A stretch of DNA of 64,000 bases from contig JAWAFD010000002.1 in the NCBI GenBank assembly GCA_038890745.1, forward strand, positions 163,327 through 227,326. Direction: 5' to 3'. Positions 61,128-64,000 of the stretch are shown in pieces. Every line of letters starts with the position of its first letter. Within the stretch, counting starts at the first letter, position 1. Both the position numbers and the translations under genes were made by a program. The notes beneath the pieces were generated by a model. That model made no database searches, was not told the DNA's origin, and saw only the letters and a program-made list of their open reading frames with translations. This stretch comes from Candidatus Anstonellales archaeon. Lineage in GTDB: Archaea; Micrarchaeota; Micrarchaeia; Anstonellales; J096.

Positions 61128-61150
61128 ATTTTCCTTTCCTTTTCTTTTTT
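61128..61150 (+). terminator. T-rich terminator-like tract (TTTTCCTTTCCTTTTCTTTTTT)
   Basis: It lies directly after the stop at 61122. Confidence 0.4.
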
Positions 61151-61235
61151 ATCCATGTCTTAATTTTTCATAAAAAACCACTCAACATTTCAATGAGCAG
61201 CCCACATAATTTTAAAAGAATTATCTACCAAATCG

Positions 61236-62630
61236 ATGAGCATGAATATTTTTGAAAACAAAGTGTTTTGGCTTATTTTTATTGTTCTTACAGTTTTGGT
61301 TGTATCTTCATATATAGGTTTTGAGGAGAAGCAGATAATTTCCATTGTAATCCTAAGCTCCTTCATTTCAGGTACGCTGCTTTTCTGGGACCAGAGGCTT
61401 GCATTTGCTTTTTTAGGTGTGAGCACTCTTCTGGTTTCTGGTGTTTTGGATGTGGAACATTTTGTCCATTTTGCATCACTGGACATTATCGCATTTCTCA
61501 TTGCAATGATGGTTTTTATAGGCTATCTAGAGAAAAATAAACTTTTTGAGTTTATTTTGAGTGAGCTTATCCCGCCGCTATCAGGAAAGCCGAAATTTAT
61601 GCTTGCCTTCATTCTTTTTATCTCCGCAGTTTTTGCAGCAATAGTGGATGAGGTTACCTCCATACTCTTTATGCTCAGTATACTACTCGCTCTTACAGGA
61701 AAACTTCGCATAAATCCGGCCCCATTTATAATAATGGTTGTTTTTGCAACGAATATAGGCAGCAGCGCAACAGCCATAGGAAATCCAATAGGCGTTATGA
61801 TAGCATTGAAGGGAGGTTTTTCTTTTTCTGATTTTATTGCGAATGCAACCCCCATAAGCATATCCGTGCTTGTTGTGGCAATCCTCCTTTGTTTTATCAT
61901 ATTTAGGAAAGAAATATCCGAGATGGAAAAGCGCGTTATCGATATGAAAAACGAAAAATTGTTTGAAAAGGTTTATATGGATTTTTCAATTTTTAGGTCC
62001 ATTCTTGTTTTTTTGTTGGTTTTTGCGCTTCTCGTATTCCACCATCAGATAGAGGAGATGCTTCATCTGCAGAAGAACAACATGCTTCTCGGCGCTGCGT
62101 TTCTCGGCGCTGGGCTCGCAATACTCTTTGAGAGAGAAAAGGCTAGGAGCCTTGTAGAGACAAGGGTCGACTGGTGGACCCTTACATTCTTTATCATGCT
62201 TTTTTCATCCGTTGGTGCGCTGAAATATGTTGGGGTAACTTCATGGGCTGCGCAGAGGATCATTGCGCAATTTGGAAATGACCTGGAGGTCCTTACCGCA
62301 GTTATTATGTTTTCCTCCGGTCTACTGAGCGCCATGCTGGACAATGTTCTTGCCGTTGCTTCATTCATTCCTGTTCTTGAAAGCATGAAGGAGCTGGGCA
62401 TCTCTTCATCAGTATTCTGGTGGGCTTTGCTTTTCGGTGGAACTTTGTTCGGAAATCTTACCGTGATAGGAAGTACCGCGAATATAGTTGCGGTTGGAAT
62501 TGCAGAAAGAAACTGGGGTATAAAAATAGGGTTTTTGGAATGGCTGAGGGCAGGGTTTATCGTTACCTTATTTACTACCTTTGTTGCACTTGGTTTGGTT
62601 TATGTTCTGAACGGATTATGGGTGGTATGA
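61236..62630 (+). CDS. ArsB/NhaD-superfamily ion/anion permease
   Basis: 464 aa with ~11-12 TM helices. ..ATNIGSSATAIGNPIGVMIA.. and ..LLFGGTLFGNLTVIGSTANIVAVGIAE.. resemble the duplicated hairpin motifs of this transporter superfamily. Confidence 0.55.
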   Translation: MSMNIFENKVFWLIFIVLTVLVVSSYIGFEEKQIISIVILSSFISGTLLFWDQRLAFAFLGVSTLLVSGVLDVEHFVHFASLDIIAFLIAMMVFIGYLEKNKLFEFILSELIPPLSGKPKFMLAFILFISAVFAAIVDEVTSILFMLSILLALTGKLRINPAPFIIMVVFATNIGSSATAIGNPIGVMIALKGGFSFSDFIANATPISISVLVVAILLCFIIFRKEISEMEKRVIDMKNEKLFEKVYMDFSIFRSILVFLLVFALLVFHHQIEEMLHLQKNNMLLGAAFLGAGLAILFEREKARSLVETRVDWWTLTFFIMLFSSVGALKYVGVTSWAAQRIIAQFGNDLEVLTAVIMFSSGLLSAMLDNVLAVASFIPVLESMKELGISSSVFWWALLFGGTLFGNLTVIGSTANIVAVGIAERNWGIKIGFLEWLRAGFIVTLFTTFVALGLVYVLNGLWVV

Positions 62631-63089
62631 ATGGATGTTATAAAAAGAGATGGTAGGATTGAAAAGTTTTCTAAAGAAAAGATGGTAAGGGCGATAGTAA
62701 ATGCTGGTGCAAAATTAAACGATGCTAAAGCTATTGCGGATAGGGCAGAAAAGGAATTCGGCAAGCGTGAAAAAATTAGTTCTTCCGAGCTCAGAAGATT
62801 TGTGATCTCAGAACTAGAAAAACTTGAGAAGGATATCGCTAAAAGATTTGCCGAGTTTGTAAAAGTAAAGAGAGAGATTGCTAAGACGGAGGAGTTTGAC
62901 AAAAAACTCGTTGCACTTTGCGGTGAGAGCGGAGTGGTTAGACATGTTTATGGTGGGTATGAGATAGAGATCAATGATGAGATAGTTTTTGATTATTCAG
63001 CCGTATTTCTCGAACTCATAAGGATTAGAAAGATGAAAGTTTCCATCGAAGAGAGGGATGGAAAGATCGTCATCATTGCTCGACCATAG
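62631..63089 (+). CDS. stand-alone ATP-cone domain protein
   Basis: MDVIKRDGRIEKFSKEKMVRAIVNAGAKLNDAKAIADRAEKEF...ISSSELRRFVISELEK matches the ATP-cone consensus (V.KRDG..E.F...KI...I). Its start abuts the stop of the permease gene. Confidence 0.7.
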   Translation: MDVIKRDGRIEKFSKEKMVRAIVNAGAKLNDAKAIADRAEKEFGKREKISSSELRRFVISELEKLEKDIAKRFAEFVKVKREIAKTEEFDKKLVALCGESGVVRHVYGGYEIEINDEIVFDYSAVFLELIRIRKMKVSIEERDGKIVIIARP

Positions 63090-64000
63090 TTTTCAGTTTT
63101 TTTATACATTCATTCAGGCTAGAAAACTCCTCCTTCCCGCTCTCCATGCTACGCAGTGTTATCTTTCCTTCTTTCTTTTCCTTCTCCCCAACAATCGCAA
63201 CATATGGGATCTTAAGCGCATTCGCGTACTCAAACTGTTTTCTCAGATTCCTATCGTTCAAATCGACTTCTGTACATATTCCAGCTTTTCTTAATTCTTC
63301 TGCAATCTTCAAGGCATAGGGATAAAACTCCGGTTTAACATTTGCAACAAAAATTTTTGTTGTTGTTTCACGTGCGTTTTCTTCACCCCTTTTGTTTATT
63401 AAATATATCAACCTCTCAATCCCAAAACTTATCCCCGTTGCATACTCCCCGCTTCCGTACAAACCAATCAATCCATCATACCTTCCGCCAGCAGCAACGC
63501 TTCCTATCTCCTCGCTCAGCTTCACCTCAAATATCGGCCCTGTGTAGTACGCAAGTCCCCTCACCAAAAACAGATCAACCTCTGCTTTTGGGAAATATGT
63601 TAAAATCTCCTCCAATTCCCTTGCCCCTTCTTCACTATACCTCGCCGCAAATTCAAGTTTTTCCCTATTCTTTCCCCCAACCTTTAAACTTTCTAATATC
63701 TCCTCAGTTTTTTTCATCCCAACTTTTCCTTCGAGCTCTTTCCTCACACCATTCTCTCCTATTTTGTCTATTTTATCCAAGCTTCTGAAAACATCCTCTC
63801 TCTTTTTTTCATCTATCCCCCAACTTTCAGCCAATCCATTTAGGATTTTCCTGTTGTTTAGAAGGAATTTTGCATTCTTCAATTCAAACCCCAGCCCTTT
63901 CAGTACATCGTAGGTTAAGTTTAGAAGCTCCCCTTCTGCCCGCATGCTTTTTGTCCCGACAATGTCTGCATCAGCCTGCATGAATTCTCTGTACCTTCCT
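63073..64000 (-). CDS. hisS: histidine--tRNA ligase, C-terminal two thirds (gene continues beyond the window edge)
   Basis: Motif 2, GRYREFMQADADIVG, reads through 63982-64000. Motif 3 is AAGGRYDGLIGLYG. A C-terminal anticodon-binding domain is present (..IFVANVKPEFYPYALKIAEELRKAGI..). It overlaps the ATP-cone gene convergently by 17 nt. Confidence 0.88.
   Translation of the reverse strand, partial: GRYREFMQADADIVGTKSMRAEGELLNLTYDVLKGLGFELKNAKFLLNNRKILNGLAESWGIDEKKREDVFRSLDKIDKIGENGVRKELEGKVGMKKTEEILESLKVGGKNREKLEFAARYSEEGARELEEILTYFPKAEVDLFLVRGLAYYTGPIFEVKLSEEIGSVAAGGRYDGLIGLYGSGEYATGISFGIERLIYLINKRGEENARETTTKIFVANVKPEFYPYALKIAEELRKAGICTEVDLNDRNLRKQFEYANALKIPYVAIVGEKEKKEGKITLRSMESGKEEFSSLNECIKKLKTMVEQ

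Overview
This is an archaeal chromosomal segment. Evidence for that: ribosomal protein uL16/L10e, a FlaI/FlaJ-type pilus ATPase with its membrane platform, many small proteins with class-III-signal-like N-termini, GGTGA-type Shine-Dalgarno sequences behind TTTTTAAAC-type TATA boxes, and a partial hisS at the right edge. I saw no rRNA, tRNA, CRISPR array, transposase or integrase. From left to right the window contains: (i) an unusual GGGGGT/ACCCCC-rich repeat array at 1-476; (ii) small genes plus rpl10e; (iii) a type-IV-pilus-like locus (4 pilin-like genes, platform, ATPase) interrupted by a MntA/HepT toxin-antitoxin pair; (iv) a protein built from near-identical 34-aa PPR-like repeats; (v) coiled-coil proteins and a second HEPN/MNT pair; (vi) a ~39-kb cell-surface island (about 15.98-55.2 kb). 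The island encodes about 11 secreted or anchored proteins that are saturated with N-X-S/T sequons, including beta-helix giants of 3957, 1563 and 941 aa. It also holds a 1398-aa protein without a signal peptide whose C-terminus looks like an amphipathic beta-hairpin barrel. Three orphan P-loop ATPase genes punctuate the island, and two of them are bracketed by long perfect direct repeats. After the island come (vii) a second operon of six pilin-like genes and (viii) a Kazal-like/Cys-repeat protein, an ArsB/NhaD-type permease, an ATP-cone protein and hisS. The most notable findings are: a ~190-aa module (signature TEGGNVT..NL....T.RWAGFYGN ... Y.F...) shared by a stand-alone 237-aa secreted protein, the C-termini of both giants and the N-terminus of a fourth protein; the direct-repeat-bounded ATPase cassettes; the PPR-like array; the 1398-aa protein; and the G5 repeat array. 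All functional calls rest on motif recognition by eye and no database search was possible. Start codons are best guesses, because the ORF track extends to alternative starts.
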